DNA of 64,000 nucleotides from Eledone cirrhosa (GCA_964016885.1 OZ024741.1:271312001-271376000), one strand, 5' to 3'; numbered from the stretch's first letter, positions 1 to 13,802 are shown. The notes: generated from the sequence alone by a model not told the origin. A program made the numbers and translations.

Positions 1-22
1 TTCTGTTTACCTTTTACATACG

Positions 23-110
<88 letters not shown>

Positions 111-115
<5 letters not shown>

Positions 116-975
116 ATATTGAGAAACACACAGATACATGCGGACACACACATATACATGAATATATCCACATCCATCCTTGAGTTAATGGTGCCAACCT
201 TAACCGATGTTGCTCTATGAATAACTGGGACAAACCAATCCGAATGGATTAGACTGAACCAGTATCAGAGCTAAAAGTACATTATGAAGAGAGAAGAAAC
301 ATTTAGATATAATTAGTAATAAGATGTATCATACCTAAACTGCTTCTAGATTCCTCGACTACGTAGTTTCGTGGCATAATCAAAAACAATACATCATAGA
401 GATATAGAGCCTTTGTGAGGTCTGGCGACTTATCAAGAGGATACCTCATTTTACTAGCTTCAAAGAACACGTCTATAAGATGTGAGATAGAATTCCAAAA
501 GGCGGAGGGGGAGTCAGTCACGTGATACAACGGTCAAGAAACAGAGCTAAGCCCCTTATAACCCTGAAAAAAATACCACGGAGGCGGAGGGGGTATTTAT
601 ATCGAGGCCGTAGAAGAGGTGGTTAAGGAGGCAAGAAGTATGAGTAATGGCAGCTTTCCAGCAGTCACTACACTTCAAAGATTACTCGACCAGAGAGAGT
701 TATAAACAATATATTGAGAAACACACAGATACATGCGGACACACACATATACATGAATATATCCACATCCATCCTTGAGTTAATGGTGCCAACCTTAACC
801 GATGTTGCTCTATGAATAACTGGGACAAACCAATCCGAATGGATTAGACCGAACCAGTATCAGAGCTAAAAGTACATTATGAAGAGAGAAGAAACATTTA
901 GATATAATTAGTAATAAGATGTATCATACCTAAACTGCTTCTAGATTCCTCGACTACGTAGTTTCGTGGCATAAT
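111..975 (-). mobile_element. Penelope-like pLTR / retrozyme-like element with partial tandem duplication (about 595 bp period)
   Basis: 111-380 is repeated almost identically at 706-975. It is flanked by (TA)n and (TA/TG)n and contains an HHR motif on the minus strand. No ORF. Confidence 0.6.
352..441 (-). ncRNA. Type I hammerhead ribozyme motif, U3-A8 core variant
   Basis: Minus strand reads TCCTC-TTGATAA-GTCGC...GCCAC-GAAA-CTACGTAG-TC-GAGGA. Stem I is TCCTC/GAGGA, stem III is palindromic, and the cleavage triplet is GUC. Confidence 0.6.
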
Positions 976-1679
976 ATGTATATATATGTATATATGTGTG
1001 TAAGTGTATGTATATGAGCATGTATGGTTGTATGTATATATTTGTGTGTGAGTGTGTGTGTATGAGTGTGAACTATAGGAATGGATAATACCTAACAATT
1101 AAATGACTGAATACTAAATGTCCCCTTAACACACCTGGTTTCATTCAGAGAAGGAGAGTGGAGAATGAGAAAGAAAAAGACATAGAGGAAAAAATCAATT
1201 CCAGTATTAGACTGGTTCTTTATTTATCGACTTCGAAACAATGAAATGTACATTTGACTTCATCAGGATTTGAACTTAGAGCTCAGAGAACTGAAACTAA
1301 CACCGCAAAATATTTTATCCGATGTTCTAACGACTCTGCCAATTCGCCGACTAATTAATTCATTACTAATGAGTCATGCAATTAATGTCTAATTAGAAGA
1401 TCCATTTGAATGAAATGAGTTGGCAATTTAATGTGATTTCAATATGCGCCAGGCGTCTGTGAGGATTGTTTCTCTAAAGATAGGCGACGAGTTGGCAGAG
1501 TAGTTTGAGTATTAGACTAAATACCTTGTAGTGTTTATTCCACCTACCCGCCTTACACGGTCGGTCCTGGTCCGTGGCAAAAGAAAATGCTTAAACGTAC
1601 CAGTCTAAGGCGGGAGATAGACAGAATCCGTTGTGATTTAAAATACCGTCGTAACCTACGTGGATGGTAGACATAACCT

Positions 1680-2712
1680 GAGATGGTCGTTGAGAGAGGA
1701 GTAGCTGTAGATTTTACGACCGTGATCCGTCGTTAAACGTGATGGCCGTTGAGTGAGGGGTAGCTGTAGATTTTACGACTGTGATCCGTTAAAGATGGTT
1801 GTTAAGTGAGAGGCAATTGTAGATTCTCCGCCTGTGGTCGGTCGTTGAATGAAATGGTCTTGAGTGAGAGACAACTGTCGATTCTTCGCTTAGGGTCGGT
1901 CGTTAAACGAGATGAACATTGAATGAGAGGCAGCTGTAGACTCTTCGCTAGTGTTGGGTCGTTAAACGGGATGGTCGTTGAATGAGAGGCAGCTGTAGAT
2001 TCTTCGCTAGTGTTGGGTCGTTAAACGAGATGGACATTGAATGAGAGTCAGCTGTAGACTCTTCGCTAGTGTTGGGTCGTTAAACGGGATGGTCGTTGAA
2101 TGAGAGGCAGCTGTAGATTCTTCGCTAGTGTTGGGTCGTTAAACGAGATGGACATTGAATGAGAGTCAGCTGTAGACTCTTCGCTAGTGTTGGGTCGTTA
2201 AACGGGATGGTCGTTGAATGAGAGGCAGCTGTAGATTCTTCGCTAGTGTTGGGTCGTTAAACGAGATGGACATTGAATGAGAGTCAGCTGTAGACTCTTC
2301 GCTAGTGTTGGGTCGTTAAACGGGATGGTCGTTGAATGAGAGGCAGCTGTAGATTCTTCGCTAGTGTTGGGTCGTTAAACGGGATGGTCGTTGAATGAGA
2401 GGCAGCTGTAGATTCTTCGCTAGTGTTGGGTCGTTAAACGGGATGGTCGTTGAATGAGAGGCAGCTGTAGATTCTTCGCTAGTGTTGGGTCGTTAAACGG
2501 GATGGTCGTTGAATGAGAGGCAGCTGTAGATTCTTCGCTAGTGTTGGGTCGTTAAACGGGATGGTCGTTGAATGAGAGGCAGCTGTAGATTCTTCGCTAG
2601 TGTTGGGTCGTTAAACGGGATGGTCGTTGAATGAGAGGCAGCTGTAGATTCTTCGCTAGTGTTGGGTCGTTAAACGGGATGGTCGTTGAATGAGAGGCAG
2701 CTGTAGATTCTA
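1680..2712. repeat. 59-bp minisatellite (about 17 units)
   Basis: Unit GGTCGTTAAACGGGATGGTCGTTGAATGAGAGGCAGCTGTAGATTCTTCGCTAGTGTTG. Units are diverged on the left and near-identical on the right. Confidence 0.92.
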
Positions 2713-2859
2713 CGATATTTTACGATTTTACCAGAAAAAACATTTAAAGTTGTGATGAACGTTGGCCTACAATTAGAAACCATTAATATTTTGATAATTA
2801 TGATGATGGGGCGGGGCGGGGTACTGCGGTAGTAGTGGCGGGGCTACGTTGGTGGTGGG

Positions 2860-3014
2860 GCGGTTACGGTCGTTGTGGTGGTGGTGGTGATGATGATGAT
2901 GATGATAACGATGATAGAATTAGTAGTAATGATGGTGTGGGTTGGATTAATAATGAGGATGATGACGACGATGATGATGATGATGATAAAGATGGCGACG
3001 ATGATAACGACAAA

Positions 3015-3046
<32 letters not shown>

Positions 3047-3187
3047 CGTTGATGACGATGATGATGTTGAGGAGGATGGCAATGATGATGATGGTGATCA
3101 TCATAATGATGATGATGATGACGACGATGATGATGATGACGACGATGATAACGATAATGATGATAATGATGATGATGACGACGATGA
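2860..3187. repeat. (GAT/GAC)n trinucleotide low-complexity tract
   Basis: Seen directly. It explains the poly-D/M/I/S ORFs. Confidence 0.9.
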
Positions 3188-3405
3188 TAATAATTGTTTC
3201 TACGTTTGGCACAAGGCCAGCAAATTTACCCAGTGCATTACTGGTACTTTATTTTATCGACCTCCCCCCCCCCCGCTCCCGTAAGGATGAAAGGCAAAGT
3301 TAACCTCTGCGGGATTTGAACTCAGAACTCAGAATGGCAAGGGCCGTAACTCTATGCTGCAAAGCATGGCGTCCGACCCTCTACCGATACTGCCGATCCA
3401 CCGCC
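3188..3405 (-). mobile_element. tRNA-derived SINE (family A)
   Basis: Reverse complement of the 31444-31630 copy. A second tail fragment lies at 3419-3468. Confidence 0.8.
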
Positions 3406-3757
3406 CTCCGATGATGACAATAATTGTTTCTACGTTTGGCACAAGGCCAGCAATTACCCAGTACATTGCTAATGAAGATAACAATGATGATAACGATGAT
3501 GATGATGAAGAAGAAGAGGGGAAGGAGGAATGCATGGCTGTAATTAGTTACTAATAGTTGGGAGAATGGGTCTCCTCTCCCACCCCAACAGAGTGTGACA
3601 AACAAACCAACTGTTTAATAGTTAAGCAGGACTTAAATATCCAAAATATATTATTATACAGCGTCAAACACATCCGGCTGTACATAACATCCACTGTCGT
3701 ATACGTTGGAATTTAACAAACGGAAAAACCCGGACTTTTCTACTAATACTTTATTTT

Positions 3758-3761
<4 letters not shown>

Positions 3762-3830
<69 letters not shown>

Positions 3831-4250
3831 GCTCTCTCTCTCTCTCTCCCCTCTCTCCCTTTCTCCTCTCTTTCTCTCTCCTCTCTTTCTCTCTCTCTCT
3901 CTCTCTCCTTTTCTCCTCTCTTTCTCTCTCTCTCTCCCTCCTTTTCTCTTTTCTCTCTTCTCTCTCTTCTCTCTCTCCTCTCTCTCTCTCCTCTCTGTTT
4001 CTCCCCTCTCTCCTCTCTGTTTCTCCTCTCTCTCCTCTCTCTCTCTCCTCTCTCTCTCTCCTCTCTGTTTCTCCTCTCTGTTTCTCTCTCCCTTTCTCCC
4101 TTTCTCTCTCCTCTCTTCTCTTTCTCACTTCTCTCTCTCTCTTTCTTTCTTTCCTTTTTCTTTCCTCCCTCTCTCCCCCCTCTCTCTCTCTCTCACCCCC
4201 TCTCTCTTTCTTTCTTTCGGCCTTTCTTTCTCTCTCTCCTCCCTCTCTCT
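3762..4250. repeat. (CT)n / polypyrimidine tract
   Basis: Seen directly. Confidence 0.95.
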
Positions 4251-4321
4251 CATATATATATATGTCTTTGTAATTATAACCCACTTGCATTGTACGGCTT
4301 CCTAAACAGATCCATTTCTCA

Positions 4322-4364
<43 letters not shown>

Positions 4365-4410
4365 GTGTGAGTGTGTGTGTGTGTGTGTAAGTGTGTGTGA
4401 CCGAGAAAGA

Positions 4411-4448
<38 letters not shown>

Positions 4449-4871
4449 GAGAGAGAAAGCGAGGGGTAGGGTTTAAAATCTTCATATAGAATTCACAACA
4501 CAATAGAAATAAAGATAAAAAGATGTTGAAGGAAACAACATATCTCAGTTACAGTCCGTCGACAAGATGGCGAAAGGTTGACCAGGTATTAACCACCACC
4601 ACCGCCACCAAGAACAACAATAACAAGAGCGAGAACAACAATAACAACGTAAGTAATATCAATTTATAAACTTATATATTTTTTTTCAATGTACTGTGTC
4701 GTTTGCTTTGTTATTTCTGTTTACCTTCTACATACCTAAATAATAAACACCTTACATACTCGTGTATAAGTCGCACGTTTTCACCCATGCGAAAAACTGG
4801 CCTGCGACTTATCTACTTGGCCAACCTTGCACAACATCAATGGGTACATCAATACATCGTTATGGTACTTT

Positions 4872-5090
4872 GCGATGAATTGGCAGAATCGGTAGAGCAT
4901 CGGACACATGTTTTATGGCATAGAGTTAAGGCCCTTTACATTCTGATTTCAGATCCTGCCAAGGTTAGCTTTGCCTTTTACCCTTACGGGGTCGATAAAA
5001 TAAAGTACCAGTAATGCACTGGAGTCGATTTAATCGACTTTCTCTTCCCCCAAAATTGCTGGCCTTGTGCTTGAAATCAAAAATTATTAT
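4872..5090 (+). mobile_element. tRNA-derived SINE (family A, diverged)
   Basis: Head TGGCAGAATCGGTAGAGC and core GGGGTCGATAAAATAAAGTACCAG. Confidence 0.75.
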
Positions 5091-5093
5091 ACA

Positions 5094-5540
5094 TTGTATA
5101 TGTTCGATGTAAAATATATGTGCGACTTATCTATCGACCGGTGTGGCGGGTATATACGAGAATATTAGTACATCAATACAGCACTATGTAAAATGGAGGT
5201 GCGACTTATCTATCGACCGGTGTGGCGGATATATACGAGAATGTTAGTACATCAATACAGCACTATCGTAAATTGTATATGTTCTATGTAAAATGGAGGT
5301 GCAACTTATATATCGACCGGTGTGGCGGATATATACGAGAATGTTAGTACATCAATACAGCACTATCGTAAATTGTATATGTTCTATGTAAAATGGAGGT
5401 GCAACTTATATATCGACCGGTGTGGCGGATATATACGAGAATGTTAGTACATCAATACAGCACTATCGTAAATTGTATATGTTCTATGTAAAATGGAGGT
5501 GCAACTTATATATCGACCGGTGTAGTGTATTTATACGAGA
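5094..5540. repeat. 100-bp tandem repeat (about 4.5 units)
   Basis: TATCGACCGG recurs at 5132, 5211, 5311, 5411 and 5511. Confidence 0.92.
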
Positions 5541-5695
5541 TTTTACGCTAATTATTTAATTGATCGAATCAGAAGTAGGAATAAAACGAAATGTAAATCC
5601 AATCAGTAAGTTATGGCAGTTCAATACTAGGGTGTTTTGTTTTTGGTTGCCTAGGTGATATCGTCACGTTTAGTACAAGCTACATGTGACTTAAA

Positions 5696-5860
5696 AGGCG
5701 GCAAATTGGCAGAGTCGTTAGAGCGTCGGGTAGAATGATTTGTGGTATTGGTTCCGACTCTGCTTTCTGGATTCAAATTCCACCGAGGTCAACTTTGCCT
5801 TTTATCCTTTCAAGGTCGATAATAAAAAAAAAGTACCAGTGTAGTACTGCTATCGATTCT
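5696..5860 (+). mobile_element. tRNA-derived SINE (family A, diverged)
   Basis: A-box and B-box-like head, followed by the GGTCGAT...AAGTACCAG core. Confidence 0.7.
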
Positions 5861-6063
5861 TCCTCTGTGTCTCTTTCTCACTCCCATTCTCTCACTCTCT
5901 CTATATTTCTCTGGAAGGAATCTGCTGTATTCAGACTTGGAGAGGAGATGGGCTCTGACAGTTTTTAAAACAAAATGCCCTAGAAACGACATATGGCAAT
6001 ATGGCGTCCCTACGACTCCCTCGGGGGTTACGGGACCATACATACAATATATACGACTAATGC

Positions 6064-6161
<98 letters not shown>

Positions 6162-6177
6162 CGTGTGTGTGTGTGTG

Positions 6178-6524
6178 AAGGCGCATGGCTTAGTGGTTAG
6201 AGCATTGGGCTTGCAATTGAGAGGTTGTGAGTTCGATTCTCAGACCGGGTGATGCGTTGTGTCCTTGGGCAAGACACTTTATTTCACGTTGCTCCAGTTT
6301 ACTCAGCTGTAGAAATAAGTTGTGACGTCACTGGTGCCAAGCTGTATCAGCCATTGCCTTTCTCTTGGACAACATTGGTGGCGTGGAGAGGGGAGGCTGG
6401 TATGCATGGGCGACTGCAGGTCTTCCACAAAAACAAACCTTTCCCAGGCTTGTGCCTTGGAGAGAAACTTTCTAAGTGCAAATCCCATGGTCATTCCTGA
6501 CCAAGTGGGGCCAAAGCCAAAGCA
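6178..6524 (+). mobile_element. tRNA-derived SINE (family B, CORE-like body)
   Basis: A box TGGCTTAGTGG, B box GAGTTCGATTC, CORE-like GTGTCCTTGGGCAAGACACTT. Related copies at 32075-32298(-), 36740-36857(+) and 47030-47191(-). Confidence 0.75.
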
Positions 6525-6549
6525 ATATATATATATATATATATATATA

Positions 6550-9500
6550 TCCATTGCTATATATATACTCATTGCTATATATATTCAATGCTATATATAT
6601 AATCAATGCTATATATATCCAATGCTATATATACCTAATGCTCTATATATATCTAATGTTATATAATCGATGAAATATATATATAATTGTTTCTACTTTT
6701 GGCACAAGGCCAGCAATTATCGAAGTGTATTACTGGTACTTTATTTTATCGACCCAGTAAGGATAAAGTTAACCTCGGCGGGATTTGAACTCAGACCATA
6801 AAGGGCCATAACTCTTTGCTGCAAAGTATGGTGTCCGACCCTCTACCGATACGGCCAATCGCTATATATCTAATGCTCTATATACCCAATATTATATATA
6901 TATCCATTGCTATATATACCCAATACTATATATACCCAATACTATATATATCCAATACTATATATACCCAATACTATATATACCCAATACTATATATACC
7001 CAATACTATATATACCCAATGCTATATATACCCAATACTATATATATCCATTGCTATATATTCCCAATACTATATATACCCAATGCTATATATACCCAAT
7101 ACTATATATACCCAATACTATATATACCCAATACTATATATACCCAATGCTATATATACCCAATACTATATATACCCAATACTATATATACCCAATACTA
7201 TATATACCCAATACTATATATACCCAATACTATATATATCCAATACTATATATACCCAATACTATATATACCCAATGCTATATATACCCAATACTATATA
7301 TATCCATTGCTATATATTCCCAATACTATATATACCCAATGCTATATATACCCAATACTATATATACCCAATACTATATATACCCAATACTATATATACC
7401 CAATGCTATATATACCCAATACTATATATATCCATTGCTATATATTCCCAATACTATATATACCCAATGCTATATATATCCAATACTATATATACTCAAT
7501 ACTATATATACCCAATACTATATATACCCAATACTATATATACCCAATACTATATATATCCATTGCTATATATTCCCAATACTATATATACCCAATGCTA
7601 TATATACCCAATACTATATATATCCAATACTATATATATTCCCAATACTATATATACCCAATACTATATATTCCCAATACTATATATATCCAATACTATA
7701 TATACCCAATACTATATATATCCAATACTATATATACCCAATACTATATATACCCAATACTATATATATCCAATACTATATATACCCAATACTATATATA
7801 TCCAATACTATATATATCCAATACTATATATACCCAATACTATATATATCCAATACTATATATACCCAATACTATATATACCCAATACTATATATACCCA
7901 ATACTATATATACCCAATATTATATATATCCAATACTATATATACCCAATACTATATATACCCAATACTATATATACCCAATACTATATATACCCAATAC
8001 TATATATACCCAATATTATATATATATCCATTGCTATATATTCCCAATACTATATATACCCAATACTATATATATCCAATACTATATATACCCAATACTA
8101 TATATACCCAATGCTATATATACCCAATACTATATATATCCAATGCTATATATACCCAATACTATATATATCCAATACTATATATACCCAATACTATATA
8201 TATCCAATACTATATACCCAATACTATATACCCAATACTATATATACCCAATACTATATATACCCAATACTATATATATCCAATACTATATATACCCAAT
8301 ACTATATATATCCAATACTATATACCCAATACTATATACCCAATACTATATATACCCAATACTATATATATCCAATGCTATATATACCCAATACTATATA
8401 TACCCAATACTATATATACCCAATACTATATATACCCAATACTATATATACCCAATACTATATATATCCAATACTATATATACCCAATACTATATATATC
8501 CAATACTATATATACCCAATACTATATATACCCAATACTATATATATCCAATACTATATATACCCAATACTATATATACCCAATACTATATATACCCAAT
8601 ACTATATATACCCAATACTATATATACCCAATACTATATATATCCAATACTATATATACCCAATACTATATATATCCAATACTATATATACCCAATACTA
8701 TATATACCCAATACTAAATATCCAATACTATATATACCCAATACTATATATACCCAATACTATATATACCCAATACTATATATATCCAATACTATATATA
8801 CCCAATACTATATATATCCAATACTATATATATCCAATACTATATATACCCAATACTATATATATCCAATACTATATACCCAATACTATATATATCCAAT
8901 GCTATATATACCCAATACTATATATATCCAATACTATATATATCCAATACTATATATACCCAATACTATATATTCCCAATACTATATATACCCAATACTA
9001 TATATACCCAATACTATATATATCCAATACTATATACCCAATACTATATATATCCAATGCTATATATACCCAATACTATATACCCAATACTATATATACC
9101 CAATACTATATATACCCAATACTATATATATGCAATACTATATATACCCAATACTATATATACCCAATACTATATATACCCAATACTATATATATCCAAT
9201 ACTATATATATCCAATACTATATACCGAATACTATATACCCAATACTATATATACCCAATACTATATATATCCAATGCTATATATACCCAATACTATATA
9301 TACCCAATACTATATATACCCAATACTATATATACCCAATACTATATATACCCAATACTATATATATCCAATGCTATATATACCCAATACTATATATACC
9401 CAATACTATATATACCCAATACTATATATATCCAATACTATATATATCCAATACTATATACCCAATACTATATACCCAATACTATATACCCAATACTATA

Positions 9501-10858
9501 TATACCCAATACTATATATATCCAATGCTATATATATCCAATACTATATATACCCAATACTATATATACCCAATACTATATATATATATCCAATACTATA
9601 TATACCCAATACTATATATACCCAATACTATATATATATATCCAATACTATATATACCCAATACTATATACCCAATACTATATACCCAATACTATATATA
9701 TCCAATACTATATATATCCAATACTATATACCCAATACTATATATACCCAATACTATATATATCCAATACTATATATACCCAATACTATATATATCCAAT
9801 ACTATATACCCAATACTATATATACCCAATACTATATATATCCAATACTATATATATCCAATACTATATATACCCAATACTATATACCCAATACTATATA
9901 TATCCAATGCTATATATACCCAATACTATATATATATATCCAATGCTATATATATCCAATACTATATACCCAATACTATATATATCCAATACTATATACC
10001 CAATACTATATATATCCAATACTATATATATCCAATACTATATATATCCAATACTATATACCCAATACTATATACCCAATACTATATATACCCAATACTA
10101 TATATACCCAATACTATATATACCCAATACTGTATATACCCAATACTATATATATCCAATACTATATATATCCAATACTATATACCCAATACTATATACC
10201 CAATACTATATATCCAATACTATATATACCCAATACTATATATATCCAATACTATATACCCAATACTATATATACCCAATACTATATATATCCAATACTA
10301 TATATATCCAATGCTATATATACCCAATACTATATATATCCAATACTATATATATCCAATACTATATATACCCAATACTATATATATCCAATACTATATA
10401 TATCCAATACTATATATACCCAATACTATATATATATCCAATGCTATATATACCCAATACTATATATATATATCCAATGCTATATATACCCAATACTATA
10501 TATACCCAATACTATATATATCCAATACTATATATACCCAATACTATATATATCCAATACTATATATACCCAATACTATATATACCCAATACTATATATA
10601 CCCAATACTATATATATCCAATGCTATATATACCCAATACTATATATATATCCAATGCTATATATACCCAATACTATAAATATATATCCAATACTATATA
10701 TACCCAATGCTATATATACCCAATACTATATATACCCAATACTATATATACCCAATACTATATATATATATCCAATGCTATATATACCCAATACTATATA
10801 TACCCAATACTATATATATATATCCAATGCTATATATACCCAATACTATATATATATA
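6550..10858. repeat. About 4.3-kb satellite of a 16-bp unit (CCCAATACTATATATA; 14/18/20-bp variants)
   Basis: Seen directly. It produces the 540-1320 aa YIPNT/YTQY ORFs. Confidence 0.97.
6683..6860 (-). mobile_element. tRNA-derived SINE (family A) inserted in the degenerate edge of the 16-bp satellite
   Basis: Reverse complement match to 31444-31630. Confidence 0.8.
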
Positions 10859-10944
10859 ACCTACCTTAGATATCTTTTTAATGACTCGATTCATTCATTG
10901 TCTTTGCTTTTACAACATTATAACATTACTGTCTATATTGAAGT

Positions 10945-11127
10945 TTGGCAGTATCGGTAGAGGGTCGGACGCCTTGCTTTGATGCATAGAGTTACGGCCC
11001 TTGCCATTCTGAGTTCAAATCCCGCCGAGGTTAACTTTGCCTTTCATCCTTACGGGGTCGATAAAATAAAGTACCAGTAATGTACTGGGTAATTGCTGGC
11101 CTTGTGCCTAAAGTAGAAACAATTATT
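10945..11127 (+). mobile_element. tRNA-derived SINE (family A)
   Basis: TGGCAGTATCGG A box, GAGTTCAAATCC B box, core, and CCTAAAGTAGAAACAATTATT tail. Confidence 0.85.
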
Positions 11128-11348
11128 GTTTGTATTAAAGTTATACCACTACACTATTTCTATATTAAGGTTATATTTGTACATTATTATGTTTAGTTCG
11201 AGGCTAAATTCTAATTCTATTCTATTATAAGTTGAGCCAACTTATACAGCTTCACATACAAATGAGATTAATCACCTTATTTACACAGACCAAAAAACTA
11301 TATATTTTCGCCTGTTTTCAAAGTCCGGCAGTTGCAAGAGCGGGAGAG

Positions 11349-11392
11349 ATCGTCCTGACGAGAACCAGGTGAGTTCGAAATACATCGGCGAT
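11349..11392 (+). ncRNA. Canonical minimal type I hammerhead ribozyme
   Basis: ATCGTC-CTGACGA-GAAC-CAGGTGA-GTTC-GAAA-TACA-TC-GGCGAT: 6-bp stem I, 4-bp stem II, minimal stem III. Confidence 0.8.
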
Positions 11393-12707
11393 TGTCCCCC
11401 TTGCTTCTGTGCGGCATTAGTTGCCAGTGTCTTATTCCTAGCTATGGCTTTCTAAATGTTTATTCCTAAACATATCGTATTTCTTTAGAAGTACGAGATT
11501 CAAATACATAAAGTATGTTTATATTAAAGTTATATCATTACAAAATATGTTTATATTAAAGTCTTTTTATATTTGACCGAGCCCATCCACATTCCATGTG
11601 TGATTACAGCTGATTTACTCCCAGAGAAGAAGAAGAAGAGAGAAGGAGATAAAGGAGGTATAGATCCCTGTACTAGAGAGAGAAAGAGAGAGGAAGTGCG
11701 AAAGAGATATAGAGGAAGAATCAACCTCAGTAGCCCCAGCCTGTGCTATAGTGATATATATCAGTTTAACACTAAATATAGTAAGAAAAAAGTCTTAAAG
11801 AAAAAGGAAAAAAAAACGAAACATTTTTCTCAGGAGGAAGACATGTAGAAGCGGTCGTTACTCTCGCCTCTACATCATTGGGTTGTGAGAGTTTTCTTGG
11901 GAGCTAACAGTGTCACCCATTGCTCCATCTCCCCTAGTAGTTTACCACTGATGGTCCACGGCTCCTTATTTGTCCGGCAGGTGCCCGCTTATATCGTAAC
12001 TAACCATCGTAACTGGTGGCAGTATCGTTATTCGCCGCCTGCGACCCGTTCTCTAGCAGAACAGTCAGTATTATTCTTATCATATTCCTTATCATAAATA
12101 CCATCAAAGTGACTCCAAGCCAACGTTATCCCCGAACCAAATAAATGCCGCTCCTACACCCAAACTGACGCTCATGTTAAACGTAACCTACCATATACTC
12201 ACCAAACTCGACATAAAATAGAAAAAGAAAAAAACACGACCTATAAATCACACCCTTCAGAATCATACTTTAAAACAAGAACCAAAGCTTACCAATAACC
12301 AAATTTGTATTAAATACAGTTACTGAGAGCGACGAACGTCATTAGGCTACAGCTGTCTTATTGCGTAGTTTCGCGTGTGTGGCTGTGTTGTGTAAACGTC
12401 AACAAACAAGTCTTTTTACACATTTACAAAAACCTCTTTTCTCCTGATACAGACATAAACTGGCCAACTGATACTCACGTGCACACTTCAACACTGTCGA
12501 TACACCAACACCGAACCACACACACCAAGTACAGACAGCTTAATGTAAATATATATGTGTGTATGTGTGTGTGTGTGTGTGTCTGTGTGTGAGTGTGTGT
12601 GTGTGTGTATAAATATATATATATATGTGCGAATGTGTGTGTGGTGTGTGTGTGTCTGTGTATGTATGTGTGTGTATAAATATATATATATATGTGTGAG
12701 TGTCTGT

Positions 12708-12739
<32 letters not shown>

Positions 12740-12798
12740 AAATATATATATATATATGTGTGTGTGAATATATATATGTGTGTGTGTGTGTGCGTGTG

Positions 12799-12854
<56 letters not shown>

Positions 12855-13015
12855 CGTGTGTGTGTGTGTGTGTGTGCGTGCGCGCGCGTGTGTAGTTGAT
12901 AAAAGAAACAAAACAAATACAGGGATGCAAAATACAAAGTCATATTAGGATCACGCTTGAAGGAAATGGAGGAGGGTTCTATGTTTCTATGTTTTGTGGT
13001 CCTGTCTCTATTTGT

Positions 13016-13051
13016 ACTCCTGAAGAAGGGCTTAAGCCCGAAATGTCGAAC
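13016..13051 (+). ncRNA. Minimal type I hammerhead motif (Penelope-type)
   Basis: CTGAAGA-A-GGGC-TTAA-GCCC-GAAA-TG-TC. Stem I is weak. A more decayed relative lies at about 23386-23421. Confidence 0.6.
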
Positions 13052-13192
13052 GTTCTTTCCTCTTTCCAATATAAAGCGGAAACTAATAAGACTTTTTATA
13101 CCTCTGTTGTCTCCTTCAACTATATCTATATATATAAGTTTATCCCGATTTCAATCGGGGGTAACTACAGTAAGATATATATATATATATCT

Positions 13193-13228
<36 letters not shown>

Positions 13229-13379
13229 GAGTGTGTGTGTGTGGGGGGGGTTGTATATGTGTGTGTGTGTAGTTTATTTATTAATTAACGAATAATGTCA
13301 ACCCTGGGTTGCAAGTCCGTTTTTACAACATATATAGACGGATTAAAAACGGATGGCTTCGTTAAACTTAATTTAGTCT

Positions 13380-13433
<54 letters not shown>

Positions 13434-13548
13434 CACACACATACTAGCGTCCAAAACGTTAAGACCCTCTTCCTACTATATCAAGCGTTAACCTAATATA
13501 TCCCTTCCATATACTGTACCAATTGAGTTGTTATTTCTGTTTACCTTT

Positions 13549-13595
<47 letters not shown>

Positions 13596-13735
13596 AAAAG
13601 GTTAAACAAGGTTCAATGAATAAATCAAAGAATGAGTTTTACAATAGATTGGAAGCACTCCACAAAAATGGTTTTCCGGGGTTATTAATGTTAATTCAAA
13701 ATATTAACAAAAATAGACATTCGTGTGATCAAGTA

Positions 13736-13802
13736 TATTTTATTATACATATTTCAGAGGTACTGAGCTAGCTTCAACAGTACGTCCTTATCAGATAAAA
13801 TA
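13736..13802 (-). ncRNA. Type I hammerhead motif (CTGATAA, C3-A8 mismatch)
   Basis: TATTTTAT-CTGATAA-GGACGTACTG...CAGTACCTCT-GAAA-TATGTA-TA-ATAAAATA. Mirror copy at 16387-16453(+). Confidence 0.7.

Larger units (their letters stand above)
4748..5550. mobile_element. pogo/Tigger-like MITE remnant containing a SINE and a 100-bp tandem array
   Basis: Imperfect TIRs: TACATACTCGTGTATAAGTCGCAC on the left and TTTATACGAGATTTTACGCTA on the right. Subterminal GCGACTTAT motifs are typical of Tigger-like ends. Confidence 0.5.

Noticed and set aside
1680-2712. CRISPR-like or ribozyme-containing array
   Set aside because: There are no unique spacers and no cas genes, and no CUGANGA/GAAA core on either strand.
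6816-10960. Very long ORFs (633, 1320, 1313 and 540 aa) as protein-coding genes
   Set aside because: They are translations of a 16-bp satellite, open in all three frames because the unit lacks stop codons.
11360-11376. CAG|GTGAGT splice donor suggesting a host exon
   Set aside because: It lies in stem-loop II of a complete hammerhead motif, and no recognisable coding exon precedes it.
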